DNA from: an uncultured delta proteobacterium
GTDB taxonomy: Bacteria; Myxococcota; Myxococcia; Myxococcales; Anaeromyxobacteraceae
NCBI GenBank assembly: GCA_963814585.1
Contig: CAWFDF010000004.1
Location: 448,001-512,000 of the forward strand
Length of the DNA: 64,000 nt
Direction of reading: 5' to 3'
Part shown: positions 1-11,436 of the stretch, one piece after another
Layout of the letters: every line of letters starts with the position of its first letter
How positions within the stretch are numbered: the stretch's first letter is position 1
Notes under the pieces: generated by a model
Database searches by the model: none
Told to the model about the DNA's origin: nothing
What the model saw: only the letters and a program-made list of their open reading frames with translations
Translations under genes and position numbers: made by a program

Positions 1-618
1 GGTGTAGGCCACGTCGGCGCCGAAGCGCGCCAGGTCGAAGCACGCCGTGCCACGCCCCACCTCCTCGTCGGGGGTGAAGGCGAGCTTCACCTCCCCGTGC
101 GGCGGCGACTCCGGCCCGGTCAGCAGCGCGGCCAGCGTCATGATGGCGGCGATCCCCGCCTTGTCGTCGGCACCGAGCAGGGTGGTGCCGTCGGAGGTGA
201 CGATCCGCTTCCCCACCTGCCCCTTCAGCGCCGGGTTCTGCCTGGCGCGGATCACCACCTCCGGATTGCCCGCCAGCCGGATGTCGCCACCCTGGTAGGT
301 GAAGACCTGCGGCTTGACGCCCGCGCCGGAGGCCGACGGCGAGGTGTCGAGGTGGGCGATGAGCCCGACCTTCTTCACCTTCCCGGAGGCCGGGTGCCCC
401 CTGGGCAGGTTGGACGGGATGGTGGCCATCACGTAGCCGTGGGCGTCGAGCGTGGCCCGCCGGACCCCCAGCCCCTTCAGCTCGGCCACCAGCAGCCGCG
501 CCAGGACGAGCTGCTTCCTGGTGCTCGGCACCTGGGGCGCGTCCTCGGCGGACTGGGTGTCGATGCGGGCGTAGCGGAGGAAGCGGTCGAGCGCGGACTC
601 GTGGCGGCGGGCGGGCAT
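1..618 (-). CDS. pepT: Peptidase T (M20B tripeptidase), runs off the window edge
   Basis: Hand translation from ATG at 618: MPARRHESALDRFLRYARIDTQS...VPST...LIAHLDTSP...TSDGTTLLGADDKAG...AFTPDEEVGRG; typical PepT motifs. Not in the ORF track. Confidence 0.93.
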   Translation of the reverse strand, partial: MPARRHESALDRFLRYARIDTQSAEDAPQVPSTRKQLVLARLLVAELKGLGVRRATLDAHGYVMATIPSNLPRGHPASGKVKKVGLIAHLDTSPSASGAGVKPQVFTYQGGDIRLAGNPEVVIRARQNPALKGQVGKRIVTSDGTTLLGADDKAGIAAIMTLAALLTGPESPPHGEVKLAFTPDEEVGRGTACFDLARFGADVAYT

Positions 619-641
619 GAGGGGGTGGCCTCCGGGGGCGA

Positions 642-2723
642 TCAGGCGGCGGGCGGCGCCGGCGCGGCGCGGCGGCTCAGCACGTAGACGCCGAGCGACA
701 GGAGCGCGAAGGCGAGCAGGCCGGACCAGTTGGACCACGCCTCCAGCCCGGGGCCGATCCCGGGCAGCCGGGTCAGGTCCGGCACCAGCACCGCGCCGGT
801 CCGGTCCTCGACGAACTTGAGGAGCGCGGCGAACACGCCCACCAGCGCCCCGCCGGCGATGAAACCGGAGGCGATGAGCGTCCCCTGGTCGTACCGGGCC
901 CTGGCCACCTCGTCCTGCTTCGAGGAGCGGCGCAGCAGCCAGGCCACCGCCGCCCCCACCACCAGCGGCGAGTTGAGGTCCATGGGCAGGTACATGCCGA
1001 GCGCGAAGGCCAGCCCCGAGACGCCGCACAGCTCGACGGCCACCGCGAAGACCGCCCCCACGGCGTAGAGGAACCAGGGCGCCCCGTCGCTCCCCATCAC
1101 GCCGCGCAGCACCGCCGCCATGGCGTTGGGCTGCGGCGCCGGCAGCGCCGCCGGGTGGGCCGCGTCGGGCGTGAAGCCGTAGACCTGGGCCATCAGCATG
1201 ATCACCGCGGTGGTGGCCGCCGAGGCCACCACCGAGCCGAGGACGTTGGCCACCTCGATGGTGCGCGGCGTGGCGCCCAGCCAGTGGCCGATCTTGTACT
1301 GCGTCACCAGCGAGCCGCTCATGGAGAGCGCCGTGCAGACCACCCCGCCGATGAGGAGCGTCTGCAGCATGCCGCTCGGGCCCGAGAGCCCGAGCGCCGA
1401 GAGCGCCACGGCGGTGATGATCAGCGTGGTGAGCGTCATCCCGGAGATGGGGGTGATGGAGATGAGGGCGATGGCCCAGGCCGAGACCGCGGCGAAGAGG
1501 AAGGCGACGCCGAGCGTCAGGGCCGTGGCCACCAGCGCCAGCACCGTGGCCCGCGGCTCGCCGGCCAGCACCGAGAGGCGGAAGTAGGCGAACACCGCCA
1601 GCCCGATCCCGGCGATGCCGAGCAGGTCGAGCCACATGGGCAGGGCCCGGTCGGTCCGCTCGGTGGCCTGGGTCTCGCCGCCGCGCGCCAGCCGGGCCAC
1701 CTCGGCCACCGCCTGCCGGCCGGCCTGGACGATCACCGGCGACATCCGGAGGATGGAGATGACCCCGGCCGCGAAGATGCCGCCGATGCCGATGGGCCGG
1801 ACCCAGGTGGCGAAGATGGCCGAGGCCGACATGCCGGCCAGCGGCCCCGCCGCCGGCGGCAGCGCCCCGGCCAGGTGCGGCCCGAACCAGGCGAAGAGCG
1901 GCACCAGGGCGAAGAAGGAGACCATCGAGCCGGCCAGGATGATGGCCGCGTAGTCGACCCCCATGATGTAGCCGAGGCCGAAGATGGCGGCCGAGGTGTT
2001 CATGGAGAAGACGGCGCGGGTCTTCTCGGTGAAGCCGGCCAGCGGGCCGATGGCCGCGGTGGTGAAGGTGTCGGAGAAGGCCTTCAGGCTCGGCCCGGCG
2101 AAGTCGTAGGCCGCGGCCGTGGCCGCCGACCAGGCCAGCACCACGGCGCTGCGGCCGCCGCGGGCGCCGGCCACCAGGATCTCGGTGGTGGCGCGGGCCT
2201 CGGGGAAGGGCAGCCGGCCGTGCAGGTCACGCGTGAAGTAGCGGCGGAACGGGACCAGCAGCAGCACGCCCAGCACGGCGCCCAGCAGCGGGACGAGGAA
2301 GATCTGCCAGAAGCCGGAGCGCCCCTCCAGGCCGAGGATGTAGATCGCCGGCATGGTGAAGACCGAGCCTCCGGCGACGATGCCGGAGGTGGCGCCGATG
2401 GCCAGCACGTTGACGTTCTCGAGCAGCGTGGAGGCGCGGCCGAGCGCGCGCGCCAGCACCGTCGAGAGCCCGACGGTGAGGATGGCGATGGGGATGGCCG
2501 ACTCGATCCCCTGCCCGAGCTTGAGCGCGATGTAGGTGGCGGCGGCCGAGAAGACCGCCGACCAGACCACCCCCTGCACCACGGTTCGCGCCGTGACCTC
2601 GGGCGGCGCCTCCCCGGCCGGGACCAGCGGCTGGTACGTCTCCCCGGGCTGCAGCGGGCGGAAGGCGTTCCCGGGGAGGCAGGGCGGCCGGCCGGCCTCC
2701 CCGGCCTCGCTCGGCGTCGTCAT
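642..2723 (-). CDS. OPT-family oligopeptide transporter (paralogue 2)
   Basis: Highly hydrophobic 693 aa; motifs SAIPIAIL, STLLENV, LPFPEARAT, PISGMTL, LGATPR, FALGMYLP. Confidence 0.9.
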   Translation of the reverse strand: MTTPSEAGEAGRPPCLPGNAFRPLQPGETYQPLVPAGEAPPEVTARTVVQGVVWSAVFSAAATYIALKLGQGIESAIPIAILTVGLSTVLARALGRASTLLENVNVLAIGATSGIVAGGSVFTMPAIYILGLEGRSGFWQIFLVPLLGAVLGVLLLVPFRRYFTRDLHGRLPFPEARATTEILVAGARGGRSAVVLAWSAATAAAYDFAGPSLKAFSDTFTTAAIGPLAGFTEKTRAVFSMNTSAAIFGLGYIMGVDYAAIILAGSMVSFFALVPLFAWFGPHLAGALPPAAGPLAGMSASAIFATWVRPIGIGGIFAAGVISILRMSPVIVQAGRQAVAEVARLARGGETQATERTDRALPMWLDLLGIAGIGLAVFAYFRLSVLAGEPRATVLALVATALTLGVAFLFAAVSAWAIALISITPISGMTLTTLIITAVALSALGLSGPSGMLQTLLIGGVVCTALSMSGSLVTQYKIGHWLGATPRTIEVANVLGSVVASAATTAVIMLMAQVYGFTPDAAHPAALPAPQPNAMAAVLRGVMGSDGAPWFLYAVGAVFAVAVELCGVSGLAFALGMYLPMDLNSPLVVGAAVAWLLRRSSKQDEVARARYDQGTLIASGFIAGGALVGVFAALLKFVEDRTGAVLVPDLTRLPGIGPGLEAWSNWSGLLAFALLSLGVYVLSRRAAPAPPAA

Positions 2724-2736
2724 GACCTGGCGCCCC

Positions 2737-4740
2737 TCACGGCGTGGTCGCCTTCTCGCGCTTCACCGACGCGAGCCAGAGGTAGGCGCAGAGCCCGGCG
2801 AAGGCCAGCAGGCTCACCGTCTGCGAGATGGACTCGGTGTCGTAGAAGGGCAGCTTCACCCAGGCCTCGGAGTAGCCGGGGATCATCCGCAGCGCCGCGC
2901 CGAAGACGCCGCCCAGCGCGCCGCCGGCCAGCAGGCCCGAGGCCACCACCACGCCCCGCTCGCGCATGGTCCGCCCCGCCTCGCCGCCGACCCGCTCCGA
3001 GCGCCGGGTGAGGAAGTGGGCGATGTACCCGCCCACCAGCGCCGGCGAGTTGAGCTCGAGCGGCAGGTACATGCCGAGGGCGAAGGTGAGCGCCGGGATG
3101 GAGAGCATCTCCATGACCACGGCGATGACGGCGCCGATGGCGAAGAGCAGGTAGGCCACCGGCTGGTGGCTCATGAACCCCTCCACCAGCACCTTCATCA
3201 GGGAGGCCTGCGGGGACGCCAGCACGGTGCGGGTGTCGCCGGGGGCCGCCTCGCCGAACTGGAAGTGGCGGGCCAGCAGCACGATGGTGAGCCCGGCCAC
3301 CACCGAGGCCACCACCACGCCGAGGAACTTGACCCGCTCCTGCTCCCGCGGCGTCGAGCCCAGCCAGTAGCCGACCTTCAGGTCGGTGACGGTCTGGCCG
3401 GAGACCGAGAGCGCGGTGCAGACCATCCCGGCGATGGCCATCACGAAGAACATGCCGGTCCGGCCGGAGAGGCCGAACTCCAGCAGCACCACCGAGGAGA
3501 CGATCACCGTCAGCATGGTCATGCCCGAGACCGGGTTTCGGGCGGTGGTGGCGATGGCGTTGGCGGCCACCGAGGTGAAGAAGAAGGAGAAGAGCAGCAC
3601 CAGCAGCAGCCCCACCAGCAGCACCGTGGCGCCGACGCCGAGGTTGCCGAGGAAGACGGCCACCGCCAGCGCCGAGACCACCACCCCGGCGAGGATGGTC
3701 ATCACGCTGACGTCGCGGTCGGTCCGCTCCAGGGCCTGCTCGCCGCCGGCCCGGAAGGCCTTGACGGCGATGGAGAAGGAGCCGACCACGATCCTGAGCG
3801 ACTTGAGGATCCCGAAGATGCCGGCGGTGGCGATGGCGCCGACGCCGATGAGCCGGACGTAGCCGCGGAAGATCTGGTTGGCGTCCATGGCCGAGATGGC
3901 GGTGGTGCCCGGGTAGACCGCCCCGGGGAAGTGGCTGCCGAGGAACCAGATGAGCGGCACCAGCACCAGGTTGGAGAGGACGCCGCCGGCGCAGAGCAGC
4001 AGCGACGAGCGCAGGCCCATGACGTAGCCGAGGCCGAGGATGAAGCCGAGCGCGTCGAAGGAGAGCGTCATCCTGGCCTTCTGGGCCAGCCCCTCGACCG
4101 CCGGGATGAAGCGCAGGTCGATGGTCTCCTTCCAGACCTGGAAGGTGGTGACGAAGAAGTCGTAGACCGCGGCGATGCCGGTGGCCTGCAGCAGCAGCGC
4201 CGCCTGGGATCCCCCCTTCTCGCCCGTCACCAGCACCTCGGTGATGGCGGTGGCCTCCGGGTAGGGGAACTGGCCGTGGGTCTCGCGCACGAAGTAGCGG
4301 CGCAGCGGCAGCAGGAAGAGCACGCCCAGCATGCCGCCGGCGATGCAGATGAAGATGGTCTGCCAGGGGTGGGGGTCGAGCTTGAGGATGTAGAGGGCCG
4401 GGAGCGTGAAGACCGCGCCCGCCACCACCGAGCCGGAGACGCCGCCGATGCCGGTGATGATGACGTTCTCGAGCAGCGTGGAGCGGCGGGCGTAGACCCG
4501 TCCCAGCCCGATGGCCAGGATCGAGATGGGGATGGCCGCCTCCATCACCTGCCCGACCTTGAGGCCGGAGTAGGCCGAGGCGGCGGTGAAGACGACGCAG
4601 AGGAAGACGCCCCAGGTCACCGAGCGCCACGTCGACTCCGGGACGCTGGCGCCGGCCGGCACGATGGGCTGGTAGGCCTGGCCGGGGGGCAGCGGCTGGT
4701 AGGCGTTCTCGGGGAGGGATCTGCTCTCGGTGGCTTCCAT
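2737..4740 (-). CDS. OPT-family oligopeptide transporter (paralogue 1)
   Basis: 667 aa; motifs YSGLKVG, AAIPISIL, FPYPEATA, NPVSGMT, DLKVGYWLGSTP, FALGMYLP. Confidence 0.9.
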   Translation of the reverse strand: MEATESRSLPENAYQPLPPGQAYQPIVPAGASVPESTWRSVTWGVFLCVVFTAASAYSGLKVGQVMEAAIPISILAIGLGRVYARRSTLLENVIITGIGGVSGSVVAGAVFTLPALYILKLDPHPWQTIFICIAGGMLGVLFLLPLRRYFVRETHGQFPYPEATAITEVLVTGEKGGSQAALLLQATGIAAVYDFFVTTFQVWKETIDLRFIPAVEGLAQKARMTLSFDALGFILGLGYVMGLRSSLLLCAGGVLSNLVLVPLIWFLGSHFPGAVYPGTTAISAMDANQIFRGYVRLIGVGAIATAGIFGILKSLRIVVGSFSIAVKAFRAGGEQALERTDRDVSVMTILAGVVVSALAVAVFLGNLGVGATVLLVGLLLVLLFSFFFTSVAANAIATTARNPVSGMTMLTVIVSSVVLLEFGLSGRTGMFFVMAIAGMVCTALSVSGQTVTDLKVGYWLGSTPREQERVKFLGVVVASVVAGLTIVLLARHFQFGEAAPGDTRTVLASPQASLMKVLVEGFMSHQPVAYLLFAIGAVIAVVMEMLSIPALTFALGMYLPLELNSPALVGGYIAHFLTRRSERVGGEAGRTMRERGVVVASGLLAGGALGGVFGAALRMIPGYSEAWVKLPFYDTESISQTVSLLAFAGLCAYLWLASVKREKATTP

Positions 4741-4901
4741 CCGGTCTTCGGCTCCTCGGGCCCCGGGCCCCGTTGGCGGCGCAGTCTAGAGCACATCCGG
4801 GGGCCCCGCAGCAGGGTTCACTGCGTGCGTCCCGTGCTCGAGGGAGGTGGCGCCGACGGATCGAGGTGATTCCTGGGCCGACATGACTTAGAGGTGTGGC
4901 C

Positions 4902-6252
4902 ATGCCCGACGAGACCCTGCTGACCCGCACCACCGCCACCGCCATCCTCGGCATCGACACCCTGTTCGGCGGGGACGTCATGGACCCGTCCGGCACCGGC
5001 CGCTTCATCGCCGACAGCTGGTTCTCCGACCAGCCGCTGCCGGCCGCCCACACCCACCCTTCCGCGGCGGCGCTCCGCAAGGTGGGCGGCGTGGCGGCCA
5101 AGGCCCCGGACCTGGCCGCGGTCGACGCCTACCTCACGGCGGTCGACGTGGCCGCTGCGGTGAAGGAGCTCTCCAGGCTGGCCGGCGCCGCCGGCGGCCT
5201 GCGCGGCGCCTACCTCACCGGCATGGCGGACAGCCTCCAGGCGATGTGGGAGCTGGCCCAGGAGCTGCTCGGCCGCGGGCCGAAGGTCGACTACGACCGC
5301 TGCGTGGTCACCTCGACCGGCCGGGCTCCCGAGCCCTCGCGCCCCGAGGAGAAGCGGCGGCGCGTCGCCGAGCTGCTGGGCCAGGCCGGCTACCGGGCCG
5401 GCACGGCCGAGGAGCTGCTGGCCGCGGTCGACGCCTGGCGCTCCGAGCGGCTGGTCCCGAGGAAGTCGATCGCCCAGCTGGCCGACGCCTTCATCGCCCA
5501 GCTCGACGAGGGGACGCGCCGCCACCTGCTGCCCCACCTGCCGCCGGCGCTGCGCGACGTGCCGCGCGCCAACATCACCTTCCTCCCCATCACCGACGCC
5601 TGGTTCTCCGGCTCGATGAACTACGTCGGGCGGGCCCGCAACGCCGACGGCTCCCCGCAGTACGAGGCCACCTACGAGATCAACGCCTCGCTGGAGATCT
5701 CGGTGCCCGAGTTCGCGCAGCTGGTCAGTCACGAGGTGGTCCCCGGCCACGTCACCAACTTCGCCTGGACCCAGGGGCTCTACGTGGCCGGGGAGATCGG
5801 GCTTCGAGGCCACCGTGCTCACCATGAACACGCGCGGCGCGGCCCTCTCCGAGGGGATCGCCAACAACGCCATCCTCATGGCCCACGGCGTCACCGAGGT
5901 CGGCCAGCTCCCCGGCGCCGACCTGCAGCTCGGCACGCTGCTGGCGCTGCTGCAGGACGACGCCAAGAACCAGTCGTCGTGGCTCACCTGGCGCGAGGGG
6001 CGTCCCCAGGCCGAGGTGGCGGCCACGCTCCGGCGCGACTTCCTCTGCTCGGCCGAGCGTGCCGACAAGCTCTCAGGCGCCTGGGGGCGCCACCCGCTGC
6101 TGGGGCGGATGTACCTCCCCGCCTACCGGGCCGGCACCGAGAAGGTGGCCGAGCTGCGCCGCCGGCACCCGCCCGGGAAGGTGATCCCGGCGCTCTACAA
6201 CTGCTGCGGCCTCGTCGACCTGGTCACCATCGATCGGGTGCTGGGCTCGTGA
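4902..6252 (+). CDS. Hypothetical protein with DUF885-like HExxPGH motif; +1 frameshift near 5799-5801
   Basis: SHEVVPGH motif; removing one G restores ...[25 protein letters not shown]... and joins ORF 4896 to ORF 5815..6252. Confidence 0.6.
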
Positions 6253-6653
6253 CCCGACCCGGTCGCATCCTCCACACCATGCTCCGCGTCGGCGACCTCG
6301 AGCGGTCGATCCGCTTCTACACCGAGGTGCTGGGCATGACGCTGCTGCGCCGCCAGGACTACCCCGACGGCAAGTTCACGCTGGCCTTCGTCGGCTACGG
6401 GCCGGAGGACCGGCACGCGGCCATCGAGCTGACCTTCAACTGGGGCACCTCCGGGTACGACCTCGGCACCGGCTTCGGCCACGTGGCGCTGGAGGTGCCC
6501 GACGCGGCGGCCGCCTGCGCCGAGATCAAGCGCCGCGGCGGCGTGGTGACCCGCGAGGCCGGGCCCATGAAGCACGGCACCACCGTCATCGCCTTCGTGC
6601 AGGACCCCGACGGCTACAAGATCGAGCTGATCCAGCGGCGCGTGGGGCCTTAG
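6249..6653 (+). CDS. gloA: Lactoylglutathione lyase (glyoxalase I)
   Basis: [19 protein letters not shown]...IELTFNWG...GFGHVAL...[18 protein letters not shown] overlap with the upstream stop. Confidence 0.93.
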   Translation: MTRPGRILHTMLRVGDLERSIRFYTEVLGMTLLRRQDYPDGKFTLAFVGYGPEDRHAAIELTFNWGTSGYDLGTGFGHVALEVPDAAAACAEIKRRGGVVTREAGPMKHGTTVIAFVQDPDGYKIELIQRRVGP

Positions 6654-6659
6654 GCGACC

Positions 6660-7343
6660 GTGGCGCTGGACCGCGACGAGCCGGGCTGGGAGGCGGCGCT
6701 GGCCGGGCAGCTGGCCGCCGGCCGGCTCCCCAGTGACGCCCGCTTCGACCGGCTCTTCGGCGAGCGGCTGATCCCGCTGGCCGCGCTCCACTTCACGCCG
6801 GTGGCGGTGGCGGCGAGTGCCGCCGCCTGGCTGACGGAGGATGGCGCCACCGAGGTGGCCGATCTCGGCGCCGGGGCCGGGAAGTTCTGCCTGGTCGGCG
6901 CGGCGCTGACCGGCGCCGTCTTCACCGGCCTGGAGCTGCGCCCCGGGCTGGTCGAGGTGGCCCGCGCCGCGGCCCGGCGGCTGGGCCTGGCCACCGCGCG
7001 CTTCGTCCAGGCCGACGTGCTCACGGCTCCGCTCCGACGCTACCAGGCCTTCTACGTCTGCAACCCGTTCGCCGAGGGCGAGGCCGAGCCGGACGAGTGG
7101 CTCGACGCGGCGCTCCCCGCGGCCGACAAGACGACCGCCGCGGCCGCGCTGGCGGCGCGCCTCGCCACGCTCCGGCCCGGCACCCGCGTGGCCGTCCACT
7201 GCGGCCTGGGCTCACCCATGCCGGCCGGCTTCGAGCGGGTCCGGAGCGCGCCCATCGGTCGCCGGGGCGCCCTGCTCGAGTGCTGGGTGCAGGGGGCCGC
7301 CACGCCTCCGGGATCCGGCTCGCCAGGCGCGAGCGCCGGTTGA
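6660..7343 (+). CDS. Class I SAM-dependent methyltransferase
   Basis: HFTPVAVA, motif I VADLGAGAGKF, later NPF. Confidence 0.75.
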   Translation: MALDRDEPGWEAALAGQLAAGRLPSDARFDRLFGERLIPLAALHFTPVAVAASAAAWLTEDGATEVADLGAGAGKFCLVGAALTGAVFTGLELRPGLVEVARAAARRLGLATARFVQADVLTAPLRRYQAFYVCNPFAEGEAEPDEWLDAALPAADKTTAAAALAARLATLRPGTRVAVHCGLGSPMPAGFERVRSAPIGRRGALLECWVQGAATPPGSGSPGASAG

Positions 7344-7465
7344 CCCGGGAGAGGTGGCGCGGCACCCGCGGGCCGGCCAGCCTGGCCAGGAGCGGGTCGC
7401 CCCGGACGCCGAGGCCGGGCCACGGGGCCCGGACCACCTGGCGCGCCTGACCGCGATCGCAGCAG

Positions 7466-7490
7466 CGCCTGCCCGATCATCGGGCAGGCG
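7466..7490. promoter_or_regulatory. Perfect palindrome, candidate NtrC-type enhancer site
   Basis: CGCCTGCCCGAT-C-ATCGGGCAGGCG; the 17-bp core TGC-N11-GCA has NtrC-box geometry and lies about 80 bp upstream of the sigma54 site. Confidence 0.55.
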
Positions 7491-7557
7491 GCCCACGCGC
7501 TCCTCCTCGGGGGCCGGCAAGTCACCGATCCAGCGAGCGGAAGCCGGGCGCCGGTTC

Positions 7558-7574
7558 CTGGCCTGCGCGTTGCA
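7558..7574 (+). promoter_or_regulatory. Sigma54 (-24/-12) promoter of amtB
   Basis: CTGGCCTGCGCGTTGCA: GG-N10-GC ending in TTGCA. Confidence 0.75.
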
Positions 7575-7669
7575 GTGCCGACCCTCCGGACGTCCGGCGC
7601 GGCTCGGCGGGTTCGAGGATGACCCCCTCTCCGAGTCGCCCGGCACAATTCGACCTCGGCGGGAGAGCC

Positions 7670-9106
7670 ATGGCCAACGCGACCAAGCGGGTGCACACAG
7701 CGAACCACCACCACGACCGGAGCGGCTCCAGGCGCCCCTGGTCGCCCATCCACCTCGTGGCGCTCGGCGCCCTCCTGGCGCCGACCATGGCGCTGGCCGC
7801 GGACGCTCCCAAGATCGACGCGGGCGACACCGCCCTCGTGCTCCTGAGCGCCGGGCTGGTGATGCTGATGACGCCGGGGCTGGCCTTCTTCTACGGCGGC
7901 CTGGTCCGCTCCAAGAACGTCGTCCACACCATGAACCTGTCGATCGTCTGCATGGCCATCGTCGGCGTGCTCTGGTCCACGGTCGGCTACAGCCTGGCCT
8001 TCTCGCCGGGGGGCGGCCTCGACAGGTTCATCGGAGGGTTCTCCTGGCTCGGGCTGGCCGGGGTCGGCGACGCTCCCGAGGCCTCCCTGTCCGCCACCAT
8101 CCCGCACTCCACCTTCATGCTCTTCCAGGCCATGTTCGCGGTGATCACGCCCGCGCTCATCTCCGGCGCCATCGTCGAGCGGATCCGGGTCAAGGCCTTC
8201 ATCCTCTTCGTGGCGCTCTGGAGCCTGGTCGTCTACGCGCCGGTGGCGCACTGGGTGTGGGCGCCGGGCGGCTGGCTGCGCGGCATGGGCGTGCTCGACT
8301 TCGCCGGCGGGACCGTGGTGCACATCAACGCCGCGGCGGCCGCGCTGGTCGGGGCCCTGCTGCTGGGGAAGCGGTCGGGCCTGAAGACCCCCAGCACGCT
8401 CCCGCACAACGTCCCCTTCGCCATCCTCGGCATGGGGCTCCTGTGGTTCGGCTGGCTCGGCTTCAACGGCGGCAGCGCGCTGGCCGCCAACGGGCTCGCC
8501 AGCACCGGCTTCGTGAACACCTTCCTGGCTCCCGCGGCGGCGGCCGGCGCCTGGGGCATCGCCGAGCTGGTCCTCCACGGCAAGGTCTCCGGCGTGGGCC
8601 TGGCCTCCGGCGCGGTGGCCGGCATGGTGGCCATCACCCCGGCCGCCGGCTTCGTCACGCCCATGTCCAGCCTGCTCATCGGCGGCCTGGCCGCGCTGGC
8701 GTCGTTCGGCGCCATCCGCGTTCGCCCCCGGCTGGGGCTCGACGACTCCCTCGACGTGTTCGCCGTCCACGGCGTCGCCGCCACGCTGGGCGCGCTGCTC
8801 ACCGGCGTCCTCGCCTCCACCGCCGTCAACTCGGCGGGCGCCGACGGGAGCCTCGCGCTGCTCGGCAAGCAGGCGGTCGGCGTGGGCGTGACCATGCTCT
8901 TCTCCGGCCTGGTCTCCTTCGCCCTCTACAAGCTCGTCGGGGCCATCACCCCGCTGCGCGCCGATGAGCAGGACGAGTGGACCGGCCTCGACCAGGTCGA
9001 GGCGGGGGAACGGGCCTACGTCACCGGCGACGACGCGCGTGCCGCCGGCGCCGGCACCCCGTCGGGGACGGGGGCGGCTCCCGCCCTGAGCCTCTCGATG
9101 AAGTAG
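7670..9106 (+). CDS. amtB: Ammonium transporter
   Basis: LMTPGLAFFYGG, FQAMFAVITPAL, AHWVW, DFAGGTVVH, LWFGWLGFNGGS, DDSLDVFAVHG. Confidence 0.96.
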   Translation: MANATKRVHTANHHHDRSGSRRPWSPIHLVALGALLAPTMALAADAPKIDAGDTALVLLSAGLVMLMTPGLAFFYGGLVRSKNVVHTMNLSIVCMAIVGVLWSTVGYSLAFSPGGGLDRFIGGFSWLGLAGVGDAPEASLSATIPHSTFMLFQAMFAVITPALISGAIVERIRVKAFILFVALWSLVVYAPVAHWVWAPGGWLRGMGVLDFAGGTVVHINAAAAALVGALLLGKRSGLKTPSTLPHNVPFAILGMGLLWFGWLGFNGGSALAANGLASTGFVNTFLAPAAAAGAWGIAELVLHGKVSGVGLASGAVAGMVAITPAAGFVTPMSSLLIGGLAALASFGAIRVRPRLGLDDSLDVFAVHGVAATLGALLTGVLASTAVNSAGADGSLALLGKQAVGVGVTMLFSGLVSFALYKLVGAITPLRADEQDEWTGLDQVEAGERAYVTGDDARAAGAGTPSGTGAAPALSLSMK

Positions 9107-9204
9107 CCGGGCCGCCGGGACCGCTCACCCCTCCTCTCCCGGGGGGCGGACGGTCCCGGCCTCCTCCCCCGACCCGTCCCCGGCCAACGCTGCGAGGTGA
9201 GGCC

Positions 9205-9544
9205 ATGACGAAGATCGAGGCCATCACCAGGCCATCGGGCCTGGAGGACCTGCTCGAGGCGCTCGACCACGAGTGGATCAAGGGGATCACGGTCTCCGAG
9301 GTGCAGGGGTACGGCCGCCAGAAGGGGCACACCGAGCTCCACCGGGGCGCCGAGTACGTCGTGGACATGAACCCGAAGATCAAGAATCGAGCTGGTGGTC
9401 CCGTCGCCCCTGGTCCCTCGAGTCCTCCACCTCCTCGAGCGATGCCTGAGGACCGGCAGGATCGGCGACGGGAAGGTCTTCGTGGCGGCGGTGGAGCTGG
9501 CCGTCCGGGTCCGCACCGGGGAGCGCGGCGAGGCCGCGCTGTAG
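9205..9544 (+). CDS. glnK: P-II nitrogen regulator; +1 frameshift at 9385-9386
   Basis: GYGRQKGHTELHRGAEY; removing one A gives PKIKIELVV...TGRIGDGKVFV...VRVRTGERGEAAL*, 112 aa, the standard P-II length. Confidence 0.88.
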
Positions 9545-9562
9545 GCTCGGGCCGGGTCTCGC

Positions 9563-9682
9563 ATGAGGCTCGCCTTCGCCACCCGAGCCCGCGAGCGCGT
9601 GGACGAGCAGCTCCGGCGCACCCCCTGCCTGGGGTTGTACGAGGTGACCGGGCCTTGCCGACCTCGCCGGTTGGCTGTGTAG
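9563..9682 (+). pseudogene. Possible truncated NifX/NifB-type FeMo-cofactor-binding domain remnant
   Basis: MRLAFATRARERVDEQLRRTPCLGLYEVT resembles the NifX N-terminus (M-K-V-A-F-A-T...V-D-x-H-F-G...Y-E-V); stops after 39 codons. Confidence 0.45.
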
Positions 9683-9724
9683 ACTGCCTGCGCCGGTCCC
9701 CGCCGCCCCTCCTGGAGCCCCACG

Positions 9725-11253
<1,529 letters not shown>

Positions 11254-11257
<4 letters not shown>

Positions 11258-11436
11258 TGCCGGGCCCCAGGCAAGATGACGTGACGAGAGAGCCGAGACC
11301 GAAGCGAGGCTGGCGCCCGAGGAGGGAGCAGCAGAAGCGTAGCAGAGCTACGCTGAGCAGCGGACCGACGAGGCCGCCTGCCGCAGCGAGAGGATCGGCT
11401 CTCGCAGTAGGCATCTTGCCTGGGGCGCGGCCTCGA
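11254..11436. mobile_element. MITE-like nested inverted-repeat element
   Basis: Perfect 15-bp inverted repeat 11264-11278/11412-11426, inner stems 11288-11296/11395-11403 and 11336-11343/11347-11354; begins at a CTAG; non-coding. Confidence 0.6.

Noticed and set aside
4896..6653. 585-aa fusion of a hypothetical protein with glyoxalase I
   Set aside because: Artefact of the +1 frameshift near 5800; the linking segment is out-of-frame Arg/Pro-rich sequence and gloA has its own GTG.
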